NCBI GenBank assembly: GCA_031278655.1
Contig: JAITJZ010000064.1
Location: 8,607 to 72,606, forward strand
Direction of reading: 5' to 3'
Origin: Bifidobacteriaceae bacterium
Lineage (GTDB): Bacteria > Actinomycetota > Actinomycetes > Actinomycetales > WQXJ01
DNA: 64,000 nucleotides
A model generated the notes under the pieces. It ran no database searches. It was not told the DNA's origin and saw only the letters and a program-made list of their open reading frames with translations. Positions 52,076 through 62,639 of this stretch are shown here, in pieces. Position 1 is the stretch's first letter, and each line of letters begins with the position of its first letter. Position numbers and translations under genes: made by a program.

Positions 52076-53224
52076 TCACACCTCGGGCGGCCGTCTGGGG
52101 CGCGTCAACGGCGGCGGCGGCGGCAGGCTTGGCGCCTGGCCCGCCTCGTGGGCCGGGTCGAAGGGGACGCCCGTGCCGGTCCCCACCCGGCTGGCGTCCG
52201 AAGTGGCGGCATCGGCCGCGCCCTGGGCCTGACGCAGCGCCTGCGCCGGGTCCTCCAACGCCACGTCCTGAAAAGCCAACCGCCCCAGCGTCCGGGCGGC
52301 CGCGTTCCGGGCCCGCGGCGGCCCGCCCTCCGGCTTGAAAGCCCCGGCCATGGACGCCAACGCCTCCGTGAACTCGGCCGGGATGATCCACAACTTCGAA
52401 CTCTCCCCGCGCGCCAACTGCGGCAGCATCTGCAGGTACTGGTAAGCCAGCAGCTTCGGGTCGGCGTCGCCCTCGTGAATTGCCTCGAACACCTGCAAGA
52501 TGGCCCGCGACTCGCCCTGCGCCCTCAAGATCGAGGCCTGGGCTTGGCCCTCGGCCGTCAAAATGGCGGCCTGCTTCTCGCCCTCGGCTTTGAGGATCTG
52601 CGACTGCTTTATGCCCTCAGCGGTCAGAATGGCGGCGCGGCGGTCGCGCTCGGCGCGCATCTGCTTCTCCATCGAGTCCTGGACCGAGCCGGGCGGGTCG
52701 ATCGCCTTCAACTCGACCCGCTGGACGCGGATGCCCCAACGGCCGGTGGCCTCGTCCAGCACGCCGCGCAGTTGGCCGTTGATCTGGTCGCGGCTGGTCA
52801 AGGTCTGCTCCAGATCCATCGAGCCGATGACGTTGCGCAGGGTGGTGACGGTCAATTGCTCGATGCCGGTGATGTAGTTGGCGATCTCATAGACGGCCGC
52901 CACCGGGTTGGTGACCTGGAAATAGATCACCGTGTCGATCGACACCACCAGGTTGTCAGAAGTGATGACCGGCTGCGGCGGGAAGGACACCACCTGTTCG
53001 CGCAGGTCCACCATGGCGCGGACACGGTCGACGAACGGCACCAGCAAACGCAGCCCCGCCTCCATGGTCCGCTGGTAGCGTCCCAGGCGCTCGACCAGCC
53101 AGGCTTGGGTTTGCGGGACTATGCGGATCGCCTTCTTCAGGATCACCACCGCGAAGATGACGATCACCAGGGCGAACACGACTAGCGCCACCGTCTGCGG
53201 GTCGAGGCCGTCTTGGCTGGGCAT
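52076..53224 (-). CDS. SPFH/stomatin (band 7) family protein
   Basis: VERLGRY, VDLREQV, VITSDN, TTLRNVIG, RVELKAIDPP, AEGEKQAAIL. Confidence 0.93.
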   Translation of the reverse strand: MPSQDGLDPQTVALVVFALVIVIFAVVILKKAIRIVPQTQAWLVERLGRYQRTMEAGLRLLVPFVDRVRAMVDLREQVVSFPPQPVITSDNLVVSIDTVIYFQVTNPVAAVYEIANYITGIEQLTVTTLRNVIGSMDLEQTLTSRDQINGQLRGVLDEATGRWGIRVQRVELKAIDPPGSVQDSMEKQMRAERDRRAAILTAEGIKQSQILKAEGEKQAAILTAEGQAQASILRAQGESRAILQVFEAIHEGDADPKLLAYQYLQMLPQLARGESSKLWIIPAEFTEALASMAGAFKPEGGPPRARNAAARTLGRLAFQDVALEDPAQALRQAQGAADAATSDASRVGTGTGVPFDPAHEAGQAPSLPPPPPLTRPRRPPEV

Positions 53225-53227
53225 GAT

Positions 53228-53677
53228 TCAGTCCTCTCTGTCCCGGGCCGCCACAATCGCGGTGGCGCCGTCTATGGCCTTCACAACCAATTCCGCGCCG
53301 GGCCGCAAGGTCATGCCGCCCTCGCTCCGGGCGGTCCAGACATCGCCGCCGATCTTGACTCGGCCGCCGTGCTCATCGACAGCGCTGACCGCCTCCGCCG
53401 GCCGGCCCACCAACGCGGCCGCGCCGGAGACCGGCCGCGGGTCGGCCTTGACCTTGAGGAAACGCAGCATCAGCGGTCTGACCGTCGCCAACATCACCAC
53501 CGAGACCACCGCGAAGACGATGACGGTCACCCACCAAGGGGTGCCCAACCAGGCCAGCCCGGCCGCCGCCAACGCCCCCACGGACAGCATCAGAAAGGTG
53601 AAATCGACCGTCATCAGTTCGATCACGCCCAGCACCAAGGCACCGATCAACCACCACAACCACAGCCATTCGACCAC
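53228..53677 (-). CDS. NfeD family protein
   Basis: WWLIG..LGVIEL, LVGRPA, GRVKIGGDVWTA; typical SPFH partner. Confidence 0.9.
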   Translation of the reverse strand: MVEWLWLWWLIGALVLGVIELMTVDFTFLMLSVGALAAAGLAWLGTPWWVTVIVFAVVSVVMLATVRPLMLRFLKVKADPRPVSGAAALVGRPAEAVSAVDEHGGRVKIGGDVWTARSEGGMTLRPGAELVVKAIDGATAIVAARDRED

Positions 53678-53726
53678 CGGACCGCCCTTCTACTCGATGC
53701 TCCCGCACCTGCGCCTGACGACAAGG

Positions 53727-54515
53727 TTAGCGGCTGGCGACCGCTCCCCAGCGGTCGCCGCGCGTGGAAACAAGCAGGTCCATGCCGAATGTCTGGGACA
53801 AGGAGGCGTCCGTCAAGGCTTCGGCCAGTGGCCCGGCGGCGACCAACCGGCCCTCGGCCATCAGGGCGGCGTCGGTGAAACCGGGCGGGATCTCCTCAAT
53901 GTGGTGGGTGACCAAGACCATCACCGGCGAACGCGGGTCTGCCGCCAGTTCCGCCAGCGCCCCGACCAGCACTTCTCTGCCGCCAAGGTCCAGCCCGGCC
54001 GAGGGCTCGTCCAACAGCAGCACCTCTGGGTCGGCCATCAGGGCGCGCGCGATCTGGGTGCGTTTGCGCTCGCCCTCAGACAGGGTGCCGAACGGCCGAT
54101 CCGCCAACCCGAGCACGTCGAAAGCCGCCATCAAGTCCCTGGCGCGGGCCTCGTCATCGGCCTCGTAAGTCTCCCGCCACCGGCCGGTGACCCCGTAGGC
54201 GCCGGTGACGACGGCATCGGAAACCTTCTCCGCCATCGGGATGCGCCCGGCCAAAGCGGCCGAGGCGAAACCGACGCGCGAACGCAACTCGAAGACGTCG
54301 ACCCGGCCCAACTGCTTGCCCAAGACCCAGGCCCGGCCGCTGGTCGGGAACAGCCTGGTGGCGGCGATCTGCAGGAGGGTGGTCTTGCCGGCGCCGTTGG
54401 GCCCGAGCATGACCCAGTGCTGGCCCTCGCGGACCACCCAGTCGACGCCGTCGAGGATCGTCTTGGGGCCGCGCGTGACCCGGACTTGCTCGAAGCGCAG
54501 CGCCTCGTTGGTCAC
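53727..54515 (-). CDS. ABC transporter ATP-binding protein (ModF-like)
   Basis: GPNGAGKT, LSEGERKR, LLLDEP, LVTHH; GTG overlaps glgA stop. Confidence 0.88.
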   Translation of the reverse strand: MTNEALRFEQVRVTRGPKTILDGVDWVVREGQHWVMLGPNGAGKTTLLQIAATRLFPTSGRAWVLGKQLGRVDVFELRSRVGFASAALAGRIPMAEKVSDAVVTGAYGVTGRWRETYEADDEARARDLMAAFDVLGLADRPFGTLSEGERKRTQIARALMADPEVLLLDEPSAGLDLGGREVLVGALAELAADPRSPVMVLVTHHIEEIPPGFTDAALMAEGRLVAAGPLAEALTDASLSQTFGMDLLVSTRGDRWGAVASR

Positions 54516-55723
54516 AGCCCCGCCACCTTCCGGTAGACGGCCATTGTCCGCAGTCCGATGGCGTCCCACGAGAAGTGGTCCTCGACGCGGCGGCGCGAGG
54601 CGGCCCCGAAGGCGGCCAAGCGGGCCGGGTCGGACAGCGCCCGCGCCAGCGCGGCGGCCATGTCGGCGACGAAACCGTCCGGGTCGAGGGGTGTGCCGGT
54701 GCCGTCGTCGCGCTGTTCGATCGGCACCAGCCAACCGGTCACCCCGTCCTGGACAACCTCCGGGATGCCGCCCGTGGCCGTCGCCACCACCGGCACGCCG
54801 CAGGCCATGGCCTCCAGGTTGACAATCCCAAGCGGCTCGTAGATCGAGGGGCAGACGAACACCGAGGCGTGCGAGACGATGGCGTCCAACTCCGCCTGCG
54901 CCAGCATTTCCTCGATCCAGATGACGCCTTGACGGTCCCGGCTCAGATCTTCGACCAGGCCGCGGACCTCAGCGGCGATCTCGGGGGTGTCCGGGGCCCC
55001 GGCCGCCAGGACGATCTGCACGCCGGGATCGAGCTGGCGCGCCGCCCTCAAGAAGTACGGCAAGCCTTTTTGGCGAGTGATCCGGCCGACGAACACCACC
55101 GCCGGCGCCTCCGGGTCGATCCCCCGCCGCCGGACCGCCTCGGCCGCCGCCGCGTCCCGCCGGGGGCGCCATTTGTCCAGGTCGATGCCGTTGTGAACGA
55201 CCTCGATGCGATCCGGGTCGACGAACGGGTAAGCCTTGATGATGTCGCGGCGCATGCCGGCGCTGACGGCGATCACCCCGGCGGCGCCCTCGTAGGCGGT
55301 TCGTTCCGCCCACGACGACAGGGCGTAGCCGCCGCCGAGCTGCTCCGCCTTCCAGGGGCGCAGCGGCTCCAGCGAATGCGCCGAGAGCACATGCGGGACG
55401 CCGTGCAGCAGACCGCCCAGGTGCCCGCCAAGGTTGGCGTACCAGGTGTGGGAGTGAATCAGGTCCGCGCCGGCCGCGCCGCCGGCCATCTTCAGGTCGA
55501 TGTCGAAGACGGCCAGGGCCGGATTGGGGTAGGCCCCCGGCGGCGGCGAGTCATAGCCGGTCACGCCGGCCTCCTCGCGCGGGCCGTCGAAGGCCAGCAC
55601 GCGCACATCCGCCGACCGGCGCAAGACCTTGGCCAATTCAGCCACATGAACCCCGGCGCCGCCGTAAACATGCGGCGGGTACTCCCGTGTCAGCAGGTCG
55701 ACACGGAGTCTTGTTTCCACCAT
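54512..55723 (-). CDS. glgA: Actinobacterial GlgA/GlgM (alpha-maltose-1-phosphate synthase, GT4)
   Basis: LTREYPPHVYGGAGVHV, HSHTWYA, HSLEPLRPWKAEQLGGGY, FVGRITRQKG, EPLGIVNLEAM. Confidence 0.93.
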   Translation of the reverse strand: MVETRLRVDLLTREYPPHVYGGAGVHVAELAKVLRRSADVRVLAFDGPREEAGVTGYDSPPPGAYPNPALAVFDIDLKMAGGAAGADLIHSHTWYANLGGHLGGLLHGVPHVLSAHSLEPLRPWKAEQLGGGYALSSWAERTAYEGAAGVIAVSAGMRRDIIKAYPFVDPDRIEVVHNGIDLDKWRPRRDAAAAEAVRRRGIDPEAPAVVFVGRITRQKGLPYFLRAARQLDPGVQIVLAAGAPDTPEIAAEVRGLVEDLSRDRQGVIWIEEMLAQAELDAIVSHASVFVCPSIYEPLGIVNLEAMACGVPVVATATGGIPEVVQDGVTGWLVPIEQRDDGTGTPLDPDGFVADMAAALARALSDPARLAAFGAASRRRVEDHFSWDAIGLRTMAVYRKVAGL

Positions 55724-55795
55724 GTGTCCAGGCTATCCGCCTTGGCCCCGGGCCAGTGACCGACCACGCCGAATCCTTCCGGTCCCGGGCGCGGG

Positions 55796-58159
55796 TCAGG
55801 GCGGGCTTTCGACCACCGTGCCGGATTGGTCGGTGCGTTTGACCTCGCCGAAGCGGGAATAGAGGTCGAGGGCGGCCTGGCTGGGATGGCCGTAGGCATT
55901 GCCCTCCCCGGCGCTCATGACGGCGACCCTCGCCGCCAAGGCCTCGGCCAGCGCCTCTGACTGGGAGGCGGACCCATGATGGGCCACCACCACCAGCCCT
56001 CCCTTGCCGGGAACAGAGCCGTCTGGCGCCGCCGATGCCGCGAGGGCGCTCAGCAGGGCCGCCTGGCCCTCCACTTCGAGGTCGCCAAGGGCCCACACCG
56101 CCAGGCCGTCGGTCTCAGCCAGGACGGCCAAGCCGGCGTTGTTGGCGGCCTGATCCTCGCCATCGGAGGCCTCATCCGGGCAGAGCGCCGCCAGCGCGGA
56201 CGGATAGATCGTCAGCTTGGCGCCGCCAGCCTGCCCCGAAAGCGGTTCGGCCTGGTCGACCCGCCGCAGGACGCCGCCCGCCGCCTCGGCCGCGGCCAAG
56301 GTGGGGCCGGCCGCTTGGCCGCAAGGCGGCCCGTGGACCACCTCCCCGACAGCCCGCCCGTCCAGCGCCTCGCTCAGACCGCCAACGTGGTCGGCGTGAA
56401 AATGGGTCAACACGACCACGTCCAACCGCTCCACGCCCAATTCCGCCAGGCAGGCGCCGACGCCTCCGCCCCGCGGGCCCGCGTCCACCAGGATGGCGGA
56501 GTCCGTGCCTGTGCGCACCGCCACGGCTGTGCCTTGGCCGACGTCGCAGACGGCCGCGGCCCAGTCTTCCGGCGGCCCTCGGCCCAGCACCGCCCCCAGC
56601 GGGCCCCTGGCCGCGCCGACCCCGACTGCGGCCACCACGGCGGCCGCCGCCAGCGCGGCCATGGCCACCCGAACCCGGCCGCCTCGGCGGCGCAACCACC
56701 AGACGGCGGCGCCTAGCGCGGCCGTGGCCGCGACGGCGGCGGCGAATCCGCCCACACCCGTTGGCCAGGCGATCGCGGCCAGCGGCCACCCCGCCACCCA
56801 GGTGGCCACGCCGCCGATGTGGGCCGCCGCCACATTGCCCACGGCCGCCCCAACACCGGCGACGGCGCCGGACAACGGGGCCATCCCCACCGAAATCAGG
56901 GCGCTGATGGTGGCGACCGGCACCGCCGGCGCCGCCAAGAGGTTCGCGGGCAGGGCGGTCAGCGAGATCTGACCGGCGAAGATCACGATCACCGGGGCGC
57001 AGACCAACTGGGCCGAGCTGGTCAGGGCCGTGGCCTCGGCCAGGGCGGCGGGCAGGCGCGGCCAGCGCCGCCGCATCGCCAGCGCCAGCGGCGGCGCCAG
57101 GACGATCAGCGCCGCGGTGGCCAGCACCGACAGCAACAGGCCGTAGGACCGCGCCAGCCACGGGTCAGCCAGGAGCACCGCCAGCACCGCGGCCGCCAAG
57201 GCGCCCAGCGCCAAACGGGTCTTGCCGAAGGCGATCCCGGCGACCGCCGCCAACCCCATCGCCACCGCTCGCCAGACGGACGGCCCGGGGCCGATCAAAG
57301 CCACGAAGGCTGCCAGGGTGGCCACCCCCAACGCGCCCATCAGCCAGCGCGGGGCGCCGGCCAACGCCCCCACGCCCAGCACCGCGCCGAGCACTATGGC
57401 CACATGCGCGCCGCTGACCGCGGTGATGTGGGTCAGCGAGGTGGTCTTCAGGTCGGCGTCCAGCTTGGCGTCGATCCGGCTGGTGTCGCCGAGGGCGATT
57501 CCGGCCAGCAACGGGCTGGCCCGCGTGTTCAGGCCCGCCCGCAAGCGGTAGACCAGGCCGCGCCAACCGGTCGGCTGCGACACCGCCGCCGTTCCGATGG
57601 CCGTGGCCACCAGCCTTTGAGCGGCGCCCGGCTCGGCCAAGGCCAGGCGGGCGCGCAGACGCACCAGCGCCCCCGCCGCCGGCGGCGGGCCGTCGAAGTA
57701 GGCCAATGTCGGCACGCCGCGCCCCTCCAACTGGGCCTCGAGGGCCGCCCCCGATCCGGCGCCCGCGACAGCCTCCGGGCTCACCGGCCACGCGACGCCA
57801 ACCGCTCGCACCGAGTCGGCGCCGCCCCAGGGCGAGGCCCGGGCTTTCGCCGGTTCGGTCAGCCGCAGGACCAGGTCGACGCGTTCTTCGGCCCGGGCGG
57901 CCTTGACCAATTCGGTCCGCTCCCACGCCAACGCTTGCGCCCCGGCGCCGGCCAAGACCAGGCCGGTGACCAGCGCGCCCAGGCTGACCGCGATCAGGGC
58001 CGGGCGCCGCCCGGCCCGCATCAGCCCGATCCCTCCCGCCGCCGCGCCGACCAGCCCAAGGCCCAGGCACCAGCGGCGCGGCCAGTCCAGCGCCAGGGCC
58101 AGCGCCGCCCAGGCGCAGGCGCTCGGCAGCGCCAGACGCAGGTCAATGGTTCGCCTCAA
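55796..58159 (-). CDS. comEC: DNA uptake channel ComEC/Rec2 with MBL domain
   Basis: HITAVSGAH, GPSVWRA, PANLLA, DVGQG, THFHADH, GDLE, AHHGS. Confidence 0.92.
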   Translation of the reverse strand: MRRTIDLRLALPSACAWAALALALDWPRRWCLGLGLVGAAAGGIGLMRAGRRPALIAVSLGALVTGLVLAGAGAQALAWERTELVKAARAEERVDLVLRLTEPAKARASPWGGADSVRAVGVAWPVSPEAVAGAGSGAALEAQLEGRGVPTLAYFDGPPPAAGALVRLRARLALAEPGAAQRLVATAIGTAAVSQPTGWRGLVYRLRAGLNTRASPLLAGIALGDTSRIDAKLDADLKTTSLTHITAVSGAHVAIVLGAVLGVGALAGAPRWLMGALGVATLAAFVALIGPGPSVWRAVAMGLAAVAGIAFGKTRLALGALAAAVLAVLLADPWLARSYGLLLSVLATAALIVLAPPLALAMRRRWPRLPAALAEATALTSSAQLVCAPVIVIFAGQISLTALPANLLAAPAVPVATISALISVGMAPLSGAVAGVGAAVGNVAAAHIGGVATWVAGWPLAAIAWPTGVGGFAAAVAATAALGAAVWWLRRRGGRVRVAMAALAAAAVVAAVGVGAARGPLGAVLGRGPPEDWAAAVCDVGQGTAVAVRTGTDSAILVDAGPRGGGVGACLAELGVERLDVVVLTHFHADHVGGLSEALDGRAVGEVVHGPPCGQAAGPTLAAAEAAGGVLRRVDQAEPLSGQAGGAKLTIYPSALAALCPDEASDGEDQAANNAGLAVLAETDGLAVWALGDLEVEGQAALLSALAASAAPDGSVPGKGGLVVVAHHGSASQSEALAEALAARVAVMSAGEGNAYGHPSQAALDLYSRFGEVKRTDQSGTVVESPP

Positions 58160-59025
58160 CCGAAGGCCACCGCCTCGGCCAGCCCGGCCAGGATCTTCGG
58201 CCCGATGCCTGTGACCTCCGCCAGGTCGCTGAGCTGCCCAAAGGGCCCGTTGGCGGTCCTGAAGTCAACAATCCGCTGGGCCAGCACCGGCCCGATCCCC
58301 GGCAGCGCCGTCAGCGCTTCGGCGTTGGCGTGGTTGACGTCAACCTTCCCGTCCACCGTTGCGCCGGCCGCCCCCGCGCCCGCGTCGCCATCGCCGGAGC
58401 CGGCGCTGGAGCCGGCGCCGCCGGTCGAGCCGATCACCGGCGGCGGCGTCTCGCCGGGCCGGGGCACAAAGATCCGTTCGCCGTCGGCCACGCGGGCGGC
58501 CAGGTTGAGCACGCTCAGATCGGCATCGGCGGTGGCCCCGCCCGCCGCCGCCAGGGCCTCGAAGACCCGCGCCCCGGCCACCAACTCGACCACGCCCGGG
58601 CTCGCCACCGCCCCGGCCACATGCACCAGCAACTTGTCGGCGCCCTCGCCTAAGCCACCGCCTAAGCCACCGCCAGAACCGTCACCGGAGCCAGCGCCCT
58701 CGCCCCCGGCCGACGGCTCAGCCGTGGGCGCGTTGTCCCAGGCGACCGGGGCCGTCTCGGCCGCCGGGTCGTCCTCGCCGCCGCCGCCAGCCGCGATCAC
58801 TGACGGCGCCACCAGCCCCAGGACGGCCAGGGTCAAAGCGGCGGCCACGCCGATCGCCGCCCATCGGCTCGGCGCCAGCCGCCAGCGCGGCCGGGCGTGG
58901 CTGGCGCCGGGGCGCTCGGCCGCCTCGGCGGCGGTCAGGCGGGCGCGCAGACGCAGCCGCGACAACACGTCATCGGCGGGGCCGAGGGGATCAGCCGCGG
59001 GATCGGGCTGCGGGCGGCCGGTCAT
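58156..59025 (-). CDS. comEA: DNA-binding competence protein ComEA (SLBB plus HhH)
   Basis: VHVAGAVASPGVV, LNLAARVADGERI, VNHANAEALTALPGIGP, EVTGIGPK. Confidence 0.92.
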   Translation of the reverse strand: MTGRPQPDPAADPLGPADDVLSRLRLRARLTAAEAAERPGASHARPRWRLAPSRWAAIGVAAALTLAVLGLVAPSVIAAGGGGEDDPAAETAPVAWDNAPTAEPSAGGEGAGSGDGSGGGLGGGLGEGADKLLVHVAGAVASPGVVELVAGARVFEALAAAGGATADADLSVLNLAARVADGERIFVPRPGETPPPVIGSTGGAGSSAGSGDGDAGAGAAGATVDGKVDVNHANAEALTALPGIGPVLAQRIVDFRTANGPFGQLSDLAEVTGIGPKILAGLAEAVAFG

Positions 59026-59117
59026 CGCCCCAATCTAGGGCGAGCCGCCCCCCAGTCGCGGCCATAACGCTTCCGGCCTGTGGATCGGTGAAAACACTCA
59101 GCCGACCAACACGAGCC

Positions 59118-59191
59118 AACGCCGGCCAACAACCCCCGCGAAACCCGAGAACAACCGGGGGAACAACCCGGGAACAACCCCCGCGAAACCC
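59118..59191. repeat. Intergenic direct repeats directly after the leuS stop
   Basis: aacaacccccgcgaaaccc at 59118 and 59173, with shorter gaacaacc units between. Confidence 0.75.
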
Positions 59192-62104
59192 CTAAACCAC
59201 CAGGTTGACGAGCCTCGGCGGCCGGGCGATGACGCGCCGGACGGGGCGACCGCCCAAGGCGGCCGCGACGGCGGGGCTGGCCAGCGCCGCCGCCTCCAGG
59301 CCGGCGGCCGAGATGTCCGGCGCCACCTCCAGGCGGGCGCGGACCTTGCCCTGAATCTGGACCACGGCCGTGACCGTCTCGACCGCCAAGTAGGCCGGAT
59401 CGGCCTGCGGATAGGGCTCGCGGGCCAGCGACTCGGCGTGGCCCAGGCGCTGCCAGAGTTCTTCGGCGATGTGCGGCGCCACCGGCGCCAACAGCTTGAC
59501 CAGGGTTTCCACCGCCAAGCGCGGCGCCGCCGCCAGCCCGGTGAGGTGGTTGTTGAGGACAATCATCCGGGCGATGGCGGTGTTGAAGCGCATCGCGTCC
59601 ATCTCCTGACGGACCTCAGCCACAACCCGGTGCATGAGCTTGGCGGTGGCCTCGTCCGGCGCCGCCTCGGACACCGCCGGCTCGCCGGTCGCCTCGTCGA
59701 TGGCGTTGCGCCAAAGGCGCTGCAGGAACCGGAGCTGCCCTATCACCGCCCGCGTCTCCCACGGCCGCGAGACGTCGAGCGGCCCCATCGACATCTCGTA
59801 GAGCCGGAAGGTGTCGGCGCCGTAGGTCGCGTACATGTCGTCAGGGGTGACGATGTTCTTCAGCGACTTGCCCATCTTGCCGTACTCCTGCGTCACCGGC
59901 TGGCCGCTGGGGGCGTGGCGGAAGGCGCCGGGCGCGTCCTCCACGACCTCCTCGGCGGCGACGTATTGGCCGCGGGCGTCGGTGTAGGCGTGGGCCTGGA
60001 TGTAACCCTGGTTGAAGAGACGCTTGAAGGGCTCGTTGCCGGAGACGTGGCCCAAGTCGTAGAGCACCTTGTGCCAGAAACGGGCGTACAGAAGGTGCAG
60101 GACGGCGTGCTCCACCCCGCCCACATAGAGGTCGACCCCTCCGGCCCGGTCGCCGTCCGCCCTGGGCGCCAGCCAGTAGTCCTCCTCGGCCGGGTCGACG
60201 ATCCGCTCGGCCTCGGCCGGGTCCAGGTAACGCAGGTAATACCAGCACGACCCGGCCCAGTTCGGCATGGTGTTGGTGTCGCGCCGGTAGACCTGCTCGC
60301 CCTCGCCCAGGTCGAGCCGCACATGGGCCCACTCGGCGTTGCGGGCCAGCGGGGTCTCCGGCGCCGAGTCGGCGTCCTCCGGGTCGAAGGTCCGCGGCCG
60401 GTAGTCCGGCACTTCCGGCAGTTCCACCGGCAGCATCTCGTCCGGCAGCGCGATCGGCTGGTCGTCGGCGCCGTAGACGATCGGGAACGGCTCGCCCCAG
60501 TAGCGCTGCCGCGAGAACAGCCAGTCGCGCAGCCGGTAGGTGACCGTCTCGCGGCCCAGCCCCCTCTCGGCCAGCCAGCGCACGATGCCGTCGCTCGCCT
60601 CGCGCACGGACAGCCCGTTGAGCGAGATGGTGGCGTTGGCGGAGTTGATGGTGGCGCCGGGGCCGGTCCAGGCGCCGCCCTGCCAATCCTCGGGCGGTTG
60701 GACTGTGCGCACATGGGGCAGGTCGAAGGCTTGGGCGAATTCCCAGTCGCGCTCGTCCTCGGCCGGCACGGCCATGATCGCGCCGGTGCCGTAACCCATC
60801 AGCACGTAGTCGGCTGTGAACACCGGGATCGGCTGGTCGTTGACCGGGTTGACGGCGAACAGGCCGGTGAAGACGCCGCTCTTGCCGCGGCCTTCGGCCA
60901 CCCGCTCGGCGGCGGTCTTCTTGGCGGCGGCCGCGGCGTAGGCCCTGACCGCCTCGACCGGTGTGGCGTGGCCGCCGGTCCAGGCGGCTTTGGCGCCCTT
61001 GGGCCAGGCGCTCGGAGTCGACTCGGCCAGCAGCGGGTGCTCGGGCGCGACCACCATGAACGTGGCCCCGAAGAGCGTGTCCGGGCGGGTTGTGAAAACT
61101 GTCAAGACGGCATCGGGCGCGGCCGCCTGAGGCGACCCCGTGCCCGGCGCTACCTTGAAGTCGACCGTGGCGCCGGTCGAGCGCCCAATCCAGTTGCGCT
61201 GCATGGCGACAACTTTCTCCGGCCAATCAACGCCGTCGAGGTCCGCCGCCAGGCGCTCGGCGTAGGCGGTGATGCGCATGTTCCACTGCCGCAGCGGTTT
61301 GGTGAAGACCGGGAAATTGCCGCGCTCGGACCGTCCCTCGGCCGTGACCTCCTCGTTGGCCAGGACCGTGCCCAGCCCGGGCGCCCAGTTGACGGGCGCG
61401 TCGGTGATGTAGGCGAGGCGGAATTGGTTGAGCGCGCGGCGGCGGGCGGAGGCGTCCATGGCGGCCCAGTCGCCGCCGCCGGGCACGGCTTTGCGCCCGG
61501 AGGCGAAGGCCTCCTCCAACTCGCTGATGGGGCGGGCCGCGCCCCGGCCGCCGTCCCGGCGCGGCGCGTCCCGGTCGTACCAGGAGTTGAACATCTGCAG
61601 GAAGACCCACTGCGTCCAGCGGACATATGACTCGTCGGTGGTGGCGAAGGAGCGCCGGGCGTCATGGGCCAGGCCCAGGCGGCGCAGCTGGGCGCGCATG
61701 GTGGCGATGTTGTCCTCGGTGGTGAGGCGCGGGTGGCGGCCGGTCTGCAGGGCGTATTGCTCGGCTGGCAGGCCGAAGGCGTCATAGCCGAGGGCGTGGA
61801 GAACGTTGTCGCCCTGCATCCGCCGGTAGCGGCCGACCACGTCGGTGGCGATGTAGCCGAGCGGGTGGCCGACGTGCAGCCCCTTGCCGGACGGGTAGGG
61901 GAACATGTCCATGACGTAGAACTTGCCGGCGGCCGGGTCCGCGTGGCGGCCGGCGGCATCGGTCAAATGCCCGGTCGGGTTGGCGGCCCAGAAAGTGCCG
62001 CGCCGCTCCCACTCGTCTTGCCATTTGGTCTCGATCTGCTGGGCCATGGCGGCCGTGTAGCGGAATTGCGGTTCGTCGTCCGCCGGCACTCGTGATTCAG
62101 GCAC
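59192..62104 (-). CDS. leuS: Leucine--tRNA ligase
   Basis: MFPYPSGKGLHVGH, FTTRPDT, RDWLFSRQRYWG, YVGGVEHA, KMGKS; GTG 6 nt after TACCCT. Confidence 0.97.
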   Translation of the reverse strand: MPESRVPADDEPQFRYTAAMAQQIETKWQDEWERRGTFWAANPTGHLTDAAGRHADPAAGKFYVMDMFPYPSGKGLHVGHPLGYIATDVVGRYRRMQGDNVLHALGYDAFGLPAEQYALQTGRHPRLTTEDNIATMRAQLRRLGLAHDARRSFATTDESYVRWTQWVFLQMFNSWYDRDAPRRDGGRGAARPISELEEAFASGRKAVPGGGDWAAMDASARRRALNQFRLAYITDAPVNWAPGLGTVLANEEVTAEGRSERGNFPVFTKPLRQWNMRITAYAERLAADLDGVDWPEKVVAMQRNWIGRSTGATVDFKVAPGTGSPQAAAPDAVLTVFTTRPDTLFGATFMVVAPEHPLLAESTPSAWPKGAKAAWTGGHATPVEAVRAYAAAAAKKTAAERVAEGRGKSGVFTGLFAVNPVNDQPIPVFTADYVLMGYGTGAIMAVPAEDERDWEFAQAFDLPHVRTVQPPEDWQGGAWTGPGATINSANATISLNGLSVREASDGIVRWLAERGLGRETVTYRLRDWLFSRQRYWGEPFPIVYGADDQPIALPDEMLPVELPEVPDYRPRTFDPEDADSAPETPLARNAEWAHVRLDLGEGEQVYRRDTNTMPNWAGSCWYYLRYLDPAEAERIVDPAEEDYWLAPRADGDRAGGVDLYVGGVEHAVLHLLYARFWHKVLYDLGHVSGNEPFKRLFNQGYIQAHAYTDARGQYVAAEEVVEDAPGAFRHAPSGQPVTQEYGKMGKSLKNIVTPDDMYATYGADTFRLYEMSMGPLDVSRPWETRAVIGQLRFLQRLWRNAIDEATGEPAVSEAAPDEATAKLMHRVVAEVRQEMDAMRFNTAIARMIVLNNHLTGLAAAPRLAVETLVKLLAPVAPHIAEELWQRLGHAESLAREPYPQADPAYLAVETVTAVVQIQGKVRARLEVAPDISAAGLEAAALASPAVAAALGGRPVRRVIARPPRLVNLVV

Positions 62105-62198
62105 CGCTCTAGGGTACAAGCACGGCCCGCCGGGCCGGGCTAAGGTGGGAGGCGGCATTTGAACCGTGCCGAAATCATCCGTTCTTTAGGAGGAACCG

Positions 62199-62639
62199 AT
62201 GCCCGCACCGCGCACCACCCCCATCCTTCAGGCCGCCTTGGTCGACTTGATCGACCTGTCGCTGTTGGCGAAGCAGGCCCATTGGAATGTCCGGGGCACC
62301 AACTTCCGCTCTGTCCACCTTGAGTTGGACGAGGTCATCGACCAGGTTCGCGTCAATTCCGATGACGTGGCCGAGCGTCTGGCCGCCGTCGGCGCCAGCC
62401 CGGACGGCCGGGCGTCGACGGTGGCGTCGACCTCCAAGGTCCCGTCGATCGAGCCGGGCCCGATCAACGCGGCCGTGGTCGTGGCCGAGTTCGCGTCCCG
62501 CATCAGCGAGGCCGCCCGCCGCATCGAGACCGCCTTGCCGGAGCTGGACGAGGACATGCCCTCCCAGGACCTGCTGATCGAGGTCGTGGCCGGGTTGGAC
62601 AAGGCCGCCTGGATGCTGCGCTCCCAGACCCTGTCCTGA
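62199..62639 (+). CDS. dps: Dps family DNA-protection/ferritin-like protein
   Basis: KQAHWNVRG..F..VHLELDE, DDVAERL, W.LRS; AGGAGG RBS. Confidence 0.95.
   Translation: MPAPRTTPILQAALVDLIDLSLLAKQAHWNVRGTNFRSVHLELDEVIDQVRVNSDDVAERLAAVGASPDGRASTVASTSKVPSIEPGPINAAVVVAEFASRISEAARRIETALPELDEDMPSQDLLIEVVAGLDKAAWMLRSQTLS

Noticed and set aside
55796-59025. comEA-comEC as evidence of a special competence system
   Set aside because: leuS-comEA-comEC linkage is ordinary in actinobacteria, and no pilus genes are in the window
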